The notes beneath the pieces were generated by a model. The model did no database searches, had not been told where the DNA came from, and was given only the letters and a program-made list of their open reading frames with translations. From an uncultured Acidobacteriota bacterium (GTDB lineage Bacteria; Acidobacteriota; Thermoanaerobaculia; UBA5066; Gp7-AA6): a stretch of 64,000 bases of DNA. Both the position numbers and the translations under genes were made by a program. Below, piece by piece: positions 29,237-40,411 of the stretch. Every line of letters begins with the position of its first letter. Position 1 is the first letter of the stretch. The DNA lies in contig CAWJKC010000003.1 of the NCBI GenBank assembly GCA_963843325.1, forward strand, positions 520,160 to 584,159, read 5' to 3'.

Positions 29237-30344
29237 TCAGGCGCTCACGTCCACCGCCGGGGCCCTCAGGAACTCCGGGCGCGGAGTGACCCCGAGTCCT
29301 GCCGCAGTGGAGGAGGCCATGCGGCCGCCCTTGCGGTGCGGCGCTCCCTCGGCCGTCGAAACGGTCACGTAGCTGTTGAAATCCGTGGACGTGAACAGGT
29401 GCTCCGGCGGCGTCGAATGCGCCAGGTGCGCGATCGCCGCGGTCGTCACGTCCCCGCCCCAGGAGTCCTCGATCGTCATGCCGATCCCGAGGCTGACGCA
29501 CAGGTCGCGCGCCTGGCGGGCGCGGGTCAGGCCGCCGAACTTGCTGATCTTGATGTTGACGACGTCCATCGCCAGGTCGTCGGCGGCCCGCAGCAGGATG
29601 CCCATGCCGTCGATCGTCTCGTCGAGCACGAACGGGTGGTCCGTGCGCCGCCGCACGGCGAGGCATTCCTCGTACGTCGCGCACGGCTGTTCGATGTAGA
29701 CGTCCACGTCGCGCACGGCGCGCACGACCCGGGCGGCCTGGTGGGCGAGCCAGCCCGTGTTCGCGTCGGCGATCAGCGCGTCGGTCGGCTCGAGCACCGC
29801 GCGCACCGCGCGGATGCGCGCGACGTCCACGTCGGGATCGCCGCCGACTTTCAGCTGGAACCGGCGGTACCCCTCGGCGCGGTATCCCGCGACCTTGCGC
29901 GCCATCGCCTCGGGAGACTCCTGCGAGATCGCGCGGTAGAGGACGAAGTCGTCTCCGTACCGCCCGCCGAGCAGCGTCGCGACCGGAAGCCCCGCCACCT
30001 GCCCGAGGATGTCCCAGCACGCGATGTCGATTCCCGACTTCACGTACGGGTGGCCCTTCATGTGCGCGTCCATCGTCCGGTTCAGCCGCTCGAGCTCGCG
30101 CGGGTCCTCGCCGATCAGGTGCGGCGCGAGCGTCGCGATTCCCGCGCGCACGCCCTCGGCGTAGGCGGGCAGGTAGGCCGGGCCGAGCGGACAGACCTCG
30201 CCGTGGCCCGACGAGGCCGGTGTCCGTCTCGACGCGCACGAGCGTGCTGTCGAAGACGGCGACCGATTTGCCGCCGGACCACTGGTAGCTGCCCTCGTGC
30301 AGCGGCAACTCGACCCGGTAGGCGGCGATGCGGCGGATCTTCAT
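29237..30344 (-). CDS. enolase-superfamily enzyme (mandelate racemase/muconate lactonizing family; hydroxyproline-type dehydratase/epimerase-like), one frame break
   Basis: [28 protein letters not shown]...VETDTGLVG | [22 protein letters not shown].... The break is at the CCC run 30207-30209. Also [24 protein letters not shown] and NIKISKFGG. Confidence 0.8.
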
Positions 30345-30385
30345 GGCCGCCACTCTATCGAATGGCCTGCTAGGATTGCGCCAAC

Positions 30386-31265
30386 GTGCTCGACGCCAAG
30401 ACGATTCTCTTCGTGGCCCTCGGCCTGGTGGCCGCGGTGTTCATCGTCGCCTGGGTGCGCTCGACTCGCGGCGCCAATGCGGACGCCGCGCGGCCCGGGC
30501 CGCTCGGACTGGCGATCGGCTTCGTGACGAACTTCTTCGACACGCTCGGCATCGGCTCCTTCGCGCCCACCACGTCGATCTTCAAGCTGAAGGGGCTGCT
30601 GCCGGACGAGCAGATCCCGGGGACTCTGAACGTCGGCCACGCGGTTCCGACGATCGTGCAGGCCTTCATCTTCATCGCGATCGTGAAGGTCGAGATGACG
30701 ACGCTCGACCGCCCTGATCGCCGCCTCGGTCGCCGGAGCGTGGCTCGGCGCGGGGCTCGTCGCTTCGTGGCCGCGCCGGCGCGTGCAGCTCGGCATGGGG
30801 CTCGCGCTGCTGGCCGCAGCGTCCTTCTTCGCGATGACCAACCTGAACGTGTTCCCGGCCGGCGGCGACGCGCTCGGCCTCCGGTCTCCCCTCCTGTGGG
30901 TCGGCATCGCCGGCAACTTCATGCTCGGCGCCCTGATGACGCTCGGCATCGGCCTGTACGCGCCGTGCATGATCCTGATCGCGCTGCTCGGCATGAACCC
31001 GCAGGCCGCCTTCCCGATCATGATGGGCTCCTGCGCGTTCCTCATGCCCGTCGGGGGGCTGCGCTTCATCGCGAAGGGCAGCTACAACCTCAAGGCCGCC
31101 CTCGGCCTGACGATCGGCGGATTTCCGGCGGTCCTGCTCGCGGCGTTCGTCGTCAAGTCACTGCCGCTGGTGTACTTGCGCTGGCTGATCTTCGCGGTCG
31201 TGCTCTACACGGCCATCGTGATGCTGCGCTCGGCGACCGCGGCGAAGTCGTCGTCCCCGGCCTGA
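30386..31265 (+). CDS. TauE/SafE-family anion (sulfite) exporter, one frame break
   Basis: GTG 30386: [21 protein letters not shown]...[13 protein letters not shown]...[11 protein letters not shown]. The break is near 30705, and the protein continues in ORF 30783..31265 ([13 protein letters not shown]...[17 protein letters not shown]...). Confidence 0.75.
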
Positions 31266-31405
31266 TCCGGGCCTCCGAAGGCGTTTTTCCCTCAGAAATC
31301 GGCCGCCGCCGTCATATTCTTCGCGGCTAGGAACGGAAGTCTCTGTCCGACTGCCCGGAAGCCTTCTTGGCGGGACGAGTCCTCACGCTTCCGGGAGGAA
31401 TCTCG

Positions 31406-32048
31406 ATGCGTTCTCGCCTTGTCCGGGTCGCCGTTTTCGCGACCGCCGCCCTGCTCACCGTTTCGACCGCCTGCAAGAAAGGCGGCGTCACCCCCGAAGT
31501 GAAGGTCACGCCGACGGCCGGCCCCGCTTCTCGCCGCCGCCGCCGCCGCCAGCGCCGCCGCCGCGATGGAGCTCTTCAAGGCCATGAACCTGCAGAACAA
31601 CATCCAGGACACGGCCGCCGCGATGATCGACTCCGAGGTCGGCCGCAACCCCGGCCTGAATCCGTTCCGCGACACCATGCTGACCTGGCTGAAAAAGTAC
31701 ATGACATGGGACGCGATGGTCCCGGAGCTCACCAAGCTCTACACGTCCACCTTCACCGACGAAGAACTGAAGCAGATGGCCGCCTTCTACGCGTCGCCGG
31801 CCGGCAAGAAGTCGCTCGAGAAGCTGCCCGAGCTCATGCAGCGGACGGCGATGATCGGCGCGTCGCTCGCGCAGCCGCATTCCGACGAGCTGAAGGCCGC
31901 GATGACCGCGCGCAGCGAAGAGCTCAAGAAGGAGCAGATGGCGCCCGGAGCCGGAGCGCCCGGTGGACCGGGTGGACAGCCGGGAGCGCCGGGAGCGCCC
32001 GCGAGGCCGCGTCCGGCCCAGCCCAAGCCGCCTGCGCAGAAACCGTAA
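31406..32048 (+). CDS. DUF2059-domain lipoprotein, one frame break
   Basis: RBS gggagga, then ATG 31406: MRSRLVRVAVFATAALLTVSTAC (lipobox). The break is near 31525. ORF 31566..32048 follows: MELFKAMNLQ...FTDEELKQMAAFYASPAGKKSLEKLPELM, with a Pro/Gly-rich tail. Confidence 0.7.
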
Positions 32049-32070
32049 GCGGTCACAGGCCAGAAATCGA

Positions 32071-32106
32071 AGGGCGGCTCTCGTCGAGCCGCCCTTTTCC
32101 TTTTCC
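32071..32106 (+). terminator. rho-independent terminator after the DUF2059 gene
   Basis: agggcggctc (32071-32080), loop tcgtc, gagccgccct (32086-32095), then ttttccttttcc. Confidence 0.75.
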
Positions 32107-32121
32107 CGGTCGGGGGCGCGC

Positions 32122-33126
32122 TTACTTCTTCGCCCGGTGCTCCGACGCCAGGGTCTTCAGGAAGCTGCCCGGCAGCGTGCCGCTGATCGAGACGCCGTCG
32201 TTGTCGGTCTCGACGCGAAACTGCCGGATCACGGAGACGAGCTCCGGCGATTTCTCCTGCACGGCCATGCGCCACATCGCGAGCACACCGCGCAGCGAAT
32301 CCGCGAGCAGGCCGCGGTTCTCGGCGTCGTCCGTCAGGCCCGTGGCCGACACGTCGATCGCGTCGCCGTGGACTTTGGCCTGCAGCGCCAGGAGCGAGAC
32401 GGACTTCATGACTCCAACGATCGCCTGCGACGGTCCGTCGTCCGTGTCCGCGTGAACGTTCACGTGCGCCTTGCGGTTCTGCGTGACCGGGAACTTCGTG
32501 AGGTCCACGAGCGCCCAGGCGGAAGCGTCGCGATCGACGCGCGAGAGCTGCTTGCCGAGGCCCTGCCCGGACATGAGGCCGCCGGCTCCCCCGGAATCCC
32601 GGCGCGCGAGCGCGTCGAGCACGGCCGCCTCGCTGCCCGCGACGATCAGGCTCTGGTTGACGAGCGCGACGGCTCCATCGCGCTTGCCCTCCTCGTCGGC
32701 CAGCCGGTAGTACTCGCCGCTCGCCCCGGTCTGTTTCGCCGCGCCGCGCGACTCGAGCGCGCCGGAGATGCGCGCCAGGTCGAACCGGCCCTCGAAGATC
32801 ACGAGTCCGTCGCCCGATTCCCCCGCCCCCGGCCGCGTCATCGCGACGACGACCGTGTCGATGTCCTCGCGGGGCGACAGGCCCGTCTCGGCCAGAAAGC
32901 GCGCGGCGTCGCCGTCGGTCGAGACGTGGTCCATCTGGGAGAACACCTGCGCGCCGAGCGGGCTCGAGCGCAGCTCGCTCCAGTGGATGACGCCCACCGT
33001 CGCCGCGTTGGCGGGCACGAGGGCGAGCGGGTCCTCGGTGCGGCGCACGCCGAACGCGGAGGCGGCGGCCAGGAGCGCGAGGCCCGAGGTCAGGACGATG
33101 CGAGCGATCCGGTGCTGTGCATGCAT
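32122..33126 (-). CDS. secreted hypothetical protein, third gene of the ABC-2 transporter operon
   Basis: ATG 33126 within ORF 32122..33333: [26 protein letters not shown] (signal). 334 aa uninterrupted, with no motif recognised. It starts 2 nt after the permease stop. Confidence 0.65.
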   Translation of the reverse strand: MHAQHRIARIVLTSGLALLAAASAFGVRRTEDPLALVPANAATVGVIHWSELRSSPLGAQVFSQMDHVSTDGDAARFLAETGLSPREDIDTVVVAMTRPGAGESGDGLVIFEGRFDLARISGALESRGAAKQTGASGEYYRLADEEGKRDGAVALVNQSLIVAGSEAAVLDALARRDSGGAGGLMSGQGLGKQLSRVDRDASAWALVDLTKFPVTQNRKAHVNVHADTDDGPSQAIVGVMKSVSLLALQAKVHGDAIDVSATGLTDDAENRGLLADSLRGVLAMWRMAVQEKSPELVSVIRQFRVETDNDGVSISGTLPGSFLKTLASEHRAKK

Positions 33127-33127
33127 G

Positions 33128-33983
33128 TCAGAAGTCCTTTCTGGAGAAGAGCCACGAAGCGACCGCGAGCGACGCGACGGCGAAGACCGCCGTCGAGCCG
33201 TAGATGGCAAGGTGATTGATGTCGGCCAGCCGCGCGGGGGCCTGCGCGCCGCCGACCATCGCGACGGTGGCCTGCCCGAGCTCGACGGTCTTCGGCAGGA
33301 CCCAGTACAAGCCGTTGATGATGCGCGCGGCAAGCTCGGTGGAGACGATCGCGGCGAGGCGGTTGTGCGTGGAGAGCAGGGCTGCGAGGAAGAATACGGC
33401 GTACGTCGCCATCAGCGAGACGCCGGTCGACGACGTCACGACACCCACGAGAAATGCGAAGGCGAGCAGCGTGGCGATCGTAAAGAGGATGACGACACCC
33501 GCGAGCAGAAAGCGCGGGTGGAGGACGTGCGTTTTCCAGACGACGATGGCCCACATGGAGCCGATGAGGTAGACGAGGTTCGTCACCGCCAGCAGCAGCC
33601 CGCCGATGTAGCGCGACAGCAACAGCGGCACCCGCCCGACCGGCCGCGACAGGTAGAGGTCGATCGTCCCCTTTTCCTGGAGCCGCGGCACCAGGTGCGC
33701 CGTCGCGAAGAGGGCGAGGAAGGTGCCGAGGAGGTACAGGAACGCCGGAGAAGCCCGATTCGAAGCCCAGGACGACCTTGTCGATGTCCAGCGACTTCTC
33801 GCCGAGCTCGACGGACTGTCCGAACAGCTTCGCCCCGGCCAGCGCGCCGTCGACGATGTCGAGGTTGACGGCCAGCGCAAAGATCAGGATGAAGAGCGAC
33901 GACAGGGCGAAGTACGCGATCAGCGTCCAGCGCGCCGCCGCCTCGCGGAAGACCTCCTGGATGCTCGCGGCGAAGGCCTTCAT
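33128..33983 (-). CDS. ABC-2 type transporter permease, one frame break
   Basis: ATG 33983: MKAFAASIQEVFREAAARWTLIAYFALSSLFILIFALAV...LGFESGFSG. The break is near 33745. ORF 33128..33880 follows: FLYLLGTFLALFATAHLVPRLQEKGTIDLYLSRPVGR..., with 5-6 TM helices. Confidence 0.75.
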
Positions 33984-34936
33984 GACACGGTCTCCTTCGG
34001 CGCCGCCGGCTCCGCGTCCGTGACGAGTCCGACGAAGACGTCCTCGAGGCTCGAGCGCGCGGGCGAGAGCTCCTCGAGCTTCGCGCCGCCCGAGCGCAGC
34101 CGGTCCACCAGGACGTTCAGGTGATCCACGTCGCGCGCCGTCAGATCGAAGTGCCCGTTGATGCGCTCGATCGAGGCGCCGGTCTCCCGGAAGGCGGCCA
34201 TCAGCCGCTCGTCCACGCCGCTCGCGACGAGGCGATAGCGGGACCCCGAGGCCGTGAGGCTCGCGATGCTCCCCTCGGCCACGACGCGCCCGGAGCGCAG
34301 GACCGCGACGCGGCCGCACATGCGCTCGATCTCGGAGAGCAGGTGCGAGTTCAGGAGGATCGCCTTGCCGCGCGCCGCCTCTTCCTGGAGCAGGTCGCGG
34401 ATCTCGCGGCGGCCGACCGGGTCGACGCCGTCGGTGGGCTCGTCGAGCAGCAGCACGTCGGGGTCGTGGATGAGCGCCGAGGCGAGGCCGAGGCGCTGCG
34501 TCATGCCCTTGGAGAATTTCTTGACGCGCACGTCCGCCCAGTCGGACAGCCGCACGCGCTCGAGCAGCTCCGGGGCGCGCCTGGCGAGCGTGGCGTCGTC
34601 GACGCCGGACATCCTGCCGAAGATCATGAGCGTCTGGCGCGCGGTCAGGTAGCCCGGGAAGCGATGACCCTCCGGCAGGTACCCGACCCGCCGGCGGCTC
34701 TCGGGGTCGCTCGCCGGCATGCCGAAGAGCCGGACCGAGCCCGCCGTCGGGCGGGTCAGGCCGAGCAGGATCTTGACCGTCGTGGTCTTGCCGGCGCCGT
34801 TCGGGCCGAGCAGCCCGAAGACCTCTCCCGGCTCGACGCGCAGGTCTATCCCGTCCAGGGCATTGACGTTACGCCCCCCGAACCGCGACCGGTACACCTT
34901 GCGCACGCCTTGCGCCTCGATCGGCAGGTTTGCCAT
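33980..34936 (-). CDS. ABC transporter ATP-binding protein
   Basis: Intact 318-aa ORF with Walker A (GPNGAGKTT), the ABC signature (SKGMTQRLGLA) and Walker B (LLLDEP). The stop overlaps the permease ATG (ATGA). Confidence 0.92.
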   Translation of the reverse strand: MANLPIEAQGVRKVYRSRFGGRNVNALDGIDLRVEPGEVFGLLGPNGAGKTTTVKILLGLTRPTAGSVRLFGMPASDPESRRRVGYLPEGHRFPGYLTARQTLMIFGRMSGVDDATLARRAPELLERVRLSDWADVRVKKFSKGMTQRLGLASALIHDPDVLLLDEPTDGVDPVGRREIRDLLQEEAARGKAILLNSHLLSEIERMCGRVAVLRSGRVVAEGSIASLTASGSRYRLVASGVDERLMAAFRETGASIERINGHFDLTARDVDHLNVLVDRLRSGGAKLEELSPARSSLEDVFVGLVTDAEPAAPKETVS

Positions 34937-34985
34937 CGATAGAGCAAACGAAAGCGCCGGGGGAAAGTTCAGATCCCGGCCGGGA

Positions 34986-35291
34986 TCAGGCCGGCGATTC
35001 TTCCGCAGGCAGGAGCGAAACCTCGACTTTGGAGCCGATCCGCAGCTTCGCCGCCTTCGCCATCTCGTCCGTCACCAGGACGAAGAAGCGCCGGGAGCGT
35101 CCGAGGGCGGCGCTCTCGAACCGGACCTTGTTCACGGTGCCGCGCACCCGGTACCCGCGGCGGCCAGGCCAGAGCCTGACCTGCGCGACTCCCCACCGAT
35201 CGGCCGGGTCGAAGGGGACTTCGAATCCCGGTCCCTTGTGCCCGTCGAGGACGACCGCGGTGAAGCGTTCCGGCTTCATGGGCCTACTCAC
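34986..35291 (-). CDS. DUF1905 domain protein
   Basis: Intact ORF: (MSRP)MKPERFTAVVLDGHKGPGFEVPFDPADRWG...YRVRGTVNKVRFESAAL...VLVTDEMAKAAKLRIGSKVEVSL. The start may be the ATG at 35279. Confidence 0.75.
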   Translation of the reverse strand: MSRPMKPERFTAVVLDGHKGPGFEVPFDPADRWGVAQVRLWPGRRGYRVRGTVNKVRFESAALGRSRRFFVLVTDEMAKAAKLRIGSKVEVSLLPAEESPA

Positions 35292-35634
35292 ACACGACCG
35301 CGCCGCACCTGCCGCATCGCCCGGACGCGAGAGCGATCCGTCCCAGAATATTCCGGAGAGCGACGCGGCACGACGGGCAACACGCCCCGAATCGACTCGA
35401 CGTCCGCTTGGTCACCCAGTCCAACCAGCCGGCGAAAGCGAGGAGCAGGACGAGACCGATCCCGTTGCCCCAGGCCGACGTCCACCAGTGAGGTGCGCCC
35501 CAGGCCGAACCCCAGAGCGCCGAGAGCGCCACCCCCGCCACGATCGGCACGCCGATCCGCAAGGCCCGCTCGAGGGCGTCGCGCCGCTTTCGAAACTCCG
35601 CTCTCGTCAGAACCTGAGACGGATCCGGGTCCAT
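35284..35634 (-). CDS. membrane protein with C-terminal CxxC...CxxC zinc-ribbon
   Basis: Intact 116-aa ORF with two hydrophobic helices (GVPIVAGVALSALWG, GIGLVLLLAFAGWL), then CCPSC...CGRCG. Confidence 0.55.
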   Translation of the reverse strand: MDPDPSQVLTRAEFRKRRDALERALRIGVPIVAGVALSALWGSAWGAPHWWTSAWGNGIGLVLLLAFAGWLDWVTKRTSSRFGACCPSCRVALRNILGRIALASGRCGRCGAVVCE

Positions 35635-35657
35635 CGACCCTCCTCGCGGCGGCCGCC

Positions 35658-36245
35658 CTATTTTTTCGGCGGCGCCGGCGGCTGGGCCGCCTCGGACCAG
35701 GGCGGCGTGACGCCGTTCGAGCGCGCGTACGCGATCGACTGGCCGAGGTGCTCGTGCATGTGGTTGCCGATCACCATGACCAGCGCGCGCTCGCTCATCT
35801 CGCTGCCGCCGAAGACCTTGACCTTCTTGTCGAGGTCGGCGTCGGGCATCTTCAGCACGACCGTGCGCACGTGGTCGAACGACTGGTGCAGCATCGCGAG
35901 GACCTTCGCCTTGTCCGTGACGCTCGTCTCGGTGTTGCGGTCGATCCCCGCGGGCGGCTGCACGCCCATGAAGGACGGCAGGAAGTAGTTGGCGACGACG
36001 ATGTGCATGTAGACCTCGGAGATCGAGCGCACGCCCTTCTCCGGCCGCCAGGAGTACTTGTCCGCGGGGACGGCTCCGGCCAGGTCGAGAATCTTCTTGC
36101 TGACGTCGTCGAGCTGCGCGAGGAAGTCCGCGCGAAAACCGCTCGTCGGCGCGGCGGGAGCCGGAGCGCTCCCGGGGGCCTGGGCCGAGGCGACGGCGGA
36201 GGCCCCGAGCAGGACGGCGCAGGCGACGAGAGCGAGCCTTTTCAT
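35658..36245 (-). CDS. secreted DinB-family protein
   Basis: Intact 195-aa ORF with signal peptide MKRLALVACAVLLGASAVASAQA, and YMHIVVANY...IGNHMHEHLGQSIAYAR (DinB-type His triad). Confidence 0.8.
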   Translation of the reverse strand: MKRLALVACAVLLGASAVASAQAPGSAPAPAAPTSGFRADFLAQLDDVSKKILDLAGAVPADKYSWRPEKGVRSISEVYMHIVVANYFLPSFMGVQPPAGIDRNTETSVTDKAKVLAMLHQSFDHVRTVVLKMPDADLDKKVKVFGGSEMSERALVMVIGNHMHEHLGQSIAYARSNGVTPPWSEAAQPPAPPKK

Positions 36246-36253
36246 GTTCGTTC

Positions 36254-39200
36254 CTACCTTTCGACTTTCGGCGCCGGAGCGACCGGCGGAATCTTAGCCT
36301 CGGCGACGGCGCGGTTGAAGTCCTTCACGCCCGTGTCGAGGATCGCCTTGTACTCGGCCTTCACCGCGTCGAGACGGCCCTTCAGCAGGCCGAAATACTG
36401 GACGGACGACGCCGTCGGCCGCGCGTCCGCGCTCGCGACGACGGCCGACGAGGTACACCCAGTCGTGGTCGAGCTTCGGCTCGTAGTTGAGGTCGTCCTC
36501 GTCGGCGACGATGAGCGGGTTGGTGAGCTCCTCCTCGACCGCCGTGAGGCGCGCGGCCAGCGCGGCCGCCTGCTTCGCGAGCGCGTCGCCCTTGCCGAGG
36601 CGGGCGGCGCGGGCGCCGATCTCCTCGACCTGCTGCCGCGTGTCGCGGATCTCGAGGACGGTCGCGTGCGTCTCGGAGAGCTGGTCGCGGATCGCCTTGA
36701 GCAGGTCGTGCTGCGCCTTGAGATCCGCGGCCGTCGCGGACACGCCGGGGTGCGGCTTCAGCTCGATCGGCTGCGTATACGTCTTGTCGCCCACGGTCAG
36801 GCGCACCGAGTAGGCGCCGGGCGCCACCTTCGGCGGCTTCTTCGTTCCCTCGTTGAAGACGGCCTTCGGCACGAGCGTCGGCTTCATGATGCGCAGGTCC
36901 CAGACGAGCCGGTTGACGCCGGCCTTCGGCTCGAGCGGCTTGTCCCGGTCCTTGCGCAGCTCTTCCTGCGCGGCCTGCTCCTTGAGGTCCTCGAGGGGCG
37001 CCGGCTTCTCGTTCGAGTACGAGCGCAGGAGCGTGTCCCCGTCGAAGAAGTCGAGCGTGACCTTTTCGTTCGGACCCGGCGCGTCCTTCAACCAGTAGTC
37101 CACGACGACGCCCGCGGGGATGTTCCTGGCCCTCCGGCTCGGGCGCGTCCTCTTCGCCCTGCGCCTCGATGTCGACGCGCACGGTCGGACGCGGCGGGAA
37201 CAGGTACGCCGGGGAGCCCGCGATCGTCGCGTCCCACTTCCGCAGCGGCGTCAGGTCGTCGAGGATCCAGAACGCGCGGCCCTGGGTCGCGACGACGAGG
37301 TCGCCGTTCTTCACGGCGAGGTCGGTGACCGGCGTGTACGGAAGGTTGCGCTGGAACGGCTGCCAGTTGGCCCCGTCGTCGAACGAGACGTAGAGGCCGA
37401 GCTCGGTCCCGGCGTAGAGCAGTCCCTGGCGGACCGGGTCCTCGCGCACGACGCGCGTGAAGGCGCCGTCCGGGATCCCGTTGACGATCTTCGTCCAGGT
37501 CTTCCCGTAGTCGCTCGTCTTGTAGAGGTACGGCCGGAAGTCGTCCCACTTGTACATCGTGGCCGCGACGTACGCCGTGCCCTTGTCCCGCGGCGAGGCG
37601 TCGATCGCGTTGATCTGGATCCACTCGGGCATCCCCTTCGGCGTCACGTTCTGCCAGGTCTTGCCGTCGTCGCGCGTGACGTGGACGAGGCCGTCGTCGG
37701 AGCCCGCCCAGATCACGCCCGGATCCGCCGTCGACTCGCCGAGCGCGAAGATCGTGGAGTACAGCTCGACGCCCGTGACGTCGATCGCGATCGGCCCGCC
37801 GGACTTGCCCTGCTTGGCCTTGTCGTTGCGCGTCAGGTCCGGCGAGATCTCCTCCCACGTCTCGCCGCCGTCGCGGGTGCGCAGCAGGATCTGCGACGCG
37901 TGGTAGACCGCCTTGGGATCGTTCGGCGAGACCATGATCGGGGCGTTCCACTGGAACCGGTACTTCAGGTCCTTCGTCGCGTGCCCGTCGGCCAGCTGCG
38001 GCCACGCCATGACGATCCGCGCCTGCCTGGTGCGGTGGTCGTAGCGCGTGATGATCCCGCCGTACTCCCCGGCGTAGACGATGTTGGGGTCGGCCGGATC
38101 GACCGCCATCCAGCCGCTCTCCCCGCCGCCGGCCGGATGCCAGTCGGAAAGGCCGATCGACTCGCCCGCGACGCCGCTCGGGATCGCGACGTTCGAGTTG
38201 TCCTGCTGCGAGCCGTAGACCCAGTAGGGAAACTGGTTGTCCGTCGTGAGGCGGTAGAACTGCGCCGTCGGCTGGTTGTTCAGCGTCGACCAGCTCTTGC
38301 CGCCGTTGTACGTGATCGTCGCGCCGCCGTCGTTGCCGACGATGAAGCGCGATCCGTCGTCGGGGTCGATCCACATGTCGTGGTTGTCGCCGTGCGGCAC
38401 GGGCATGTTCGCGAAGGTCTTGCCGCCGTCGATCGACTTGTGCATCTGGACGTTGGGCAGGTAGAGGAGGTCCGCGTTCTTCGGGTCCGGGTAGATCCAG
38501 GAGTAGTACCAGGCGCGCTCGCGGATCTTGTGCTCGTCGTTGACGTGCGTGAACTTCTCGCCGGCGTTCTCGCTGCGGAAGAGGCCGCCGTGCTTGGCCT
38601 CGACGAAGGCGTACACGCGGTCCGGCCGCGCGGGCGAGACCGCCACGCCCACCTTCGCCCACGGGCTCTCCGGAAGGCCCGCGGTCAGCTTCTTCCAGGA
38701 GTCGCCGCCGTCGGTCGACTTCCAGAGGCTGCTGCCGGGGCCGCCCGAGACGAGCTCCCACGGATGGCGGACGACCTGCCAGAACGCGGCGTAGAGGATG
38801 CGCGGGTTGGAAGGATCCATCGCGAGGTCCGACGCGCCCGTCTTGTCGTCGACGTACAGGATCTTCTTCCACGTCTTCCCGCCGTCCTCGGAACGGAAGA
38901 TGCCGCGCTCGGCGTTGGGGCCCCAGATGTGGCCCTGCGCCGCGACGTAGACGAGGTCGGGGTTCTTCGGATGCACGCGCACCCGCGCGATCTGGCGCGT
39001 GTCCTTCAATCCCACGTTCTTCCAGGTGTGTCCCGCGTCGGTCGACTTGTACACGCCGTCGCCGTGCGAGGCGTTGCCGCGGATCGGCTCTTCGCCGGTG
39101 CCGACGTAGACGACGTTCGGATCCGACTCGGCGACGGCGATCGCGCCGATCGAGCCGGTCCGGAAGTCTTTGTCGGAGAGGACCTCCCAGTTCGAGCCGC

Positions 39201-39462
39201 CGTCGCTCGTCTTCCAGACGCCCCCGCCCGTCGCGCCGAAGTAGAACGTGCGCGGATCGTGGCGCACGCCCGAGACCGCGGTGACGCGGCCGCCCCGGAA
39301 CGGCCCGATCGTCCGGAACTCGACCCCTTCGAACTGGTCGGAGAGGCTCTTCGGCTTCGCCTCCTTGTCCTTGGGCGTCGTCGCCGTTTGCGCGGGCGCG
39401 CCGACCGCCACGAGAACGAAGAGCAGCGCGAACAGGGTCCCGGATTGAATGGCACGTCTCAT
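36254..39462 (-). CDS. secreted BNR/Asp-box repeat, sortilin(VPS10)-like glycosidase-fold protein, 2 frame breaks
   Basis: [25 protein letters not shown]. There are many Asp-box motifs ([86 protein letters not shown]). Breaks lie near 37120 (into ORF 36294..37103) and near 36440. The true end is ...[23 protein letters not shown] at TAG 36254-36256. Confidence 0.85.
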
Positions 39463-39568
39463 GACTCTCCTTTACGTACGCGAATCGATCGAACCGGTCG
39501 GGAAAGTATATGTGGGGGCCAGCGGGCTCGAGGCTTGGAATTCGGGGACATGACGCCATACTCGACCG

Positions 39569-40411
39569 GTGCAGAGACCCTTTGTGACCGCCGGCCTTCT
39601 CGTCGTGGGCGTCGTCCTGGTCGGATACGTCCTGATTCTGGCCGCGCTCGTCCTCGGGCAGGATCGTCTCGTCTTCTTCCCGACGCGGGAGCTCGCGTCC
39701 GGACCCGAGGCATTCGGGCTCAGGGCCGAGGCGCTGTCCATCCGGACCGAAGACGGCTTGAGTCTGCACGGCTGGTGGATCAAGGGGAGCGGCAGACAGG
39801 CCCTGCTCTACTTCCACGGAAACGCGGGCAACGCAGCCGACCGGCTCGCCCGGACGAAGATTCTGAACGAACGATTCGGCCTCGACGTTTTTCTCGTCGA
39901 CTACCGGGGGTATGGACGCTCGGAAGGCTCCCCTTCCGAAGACGGGCTCTATCGCGACGGCCGCGCGATCTATCAGGAGGCGATCCGCAGCGGATTCACC
40001 GCGGACCGGATCATCCTCTTTGGCGAGTCGCTCGGATCGGCCGTCGCCATCCAGCTCGCGATCGAACGCAAGTGCGCCGCGCTGATCCTCGAGACGCCTT
40101 TTCTCTCGATCCCGGCCATGGCGCGCGTGCACTACCCCTTCGTACCGTCGTTTCTCGTCTCGAACCGGTTCGACAACGCTTCCAGGATCGGTTCCGTCGA
40201 AGTCCCGACCCTGTTGATCCTGGCCGAGCTCGACGAGGTCGCGCCGCCGAGCCACGGCCGCAAACTCTTCGGCCTCGTCCGCAGCGCGAAGACGCTCGTG
40301 GTCATCGCGGCCGCGCACCACAACGATGCGTACGCGGTCGGGGGCGAGACCTACTGGCAGGCGTGGGAGCGATTTCTCGCAGGCCTGCCCGGACCGACCT
40401 CTCCCGCCTAG
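39569..40411 (+). CDS. membrane-anchored alpha/beta hydrolase
   Basis: Intact 280-aa ORF (GTG start) with an N-terminal TM helix, HGNAGN and the nucleophile elbow GESLGS. Confidence 0.85.
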   Translation: MQRPFVTAGLLVVGVVLVGYVLILAALVLGQDRLVFFPTRELASGPEAFGLRAEALSIRTEDGLSLHGWWIKGSGRQALLYFHGNAGNAADRLARTKILNERFGLDVFLVDYRGYGRSEGSPSEDGLYRDGRAIYQEAIRSGFTADRIILFGESLGSAVAIQLAIERKCAALILETPFLSIPAMARVHYPFVPSFLVSNRFDNASRIGSVEVPTLLILAELDEVAPPSHGRKLFGLVRSAKTLVVIAAAHHNDAYAVGGETYWQAWERFLAGLPGPTSPA

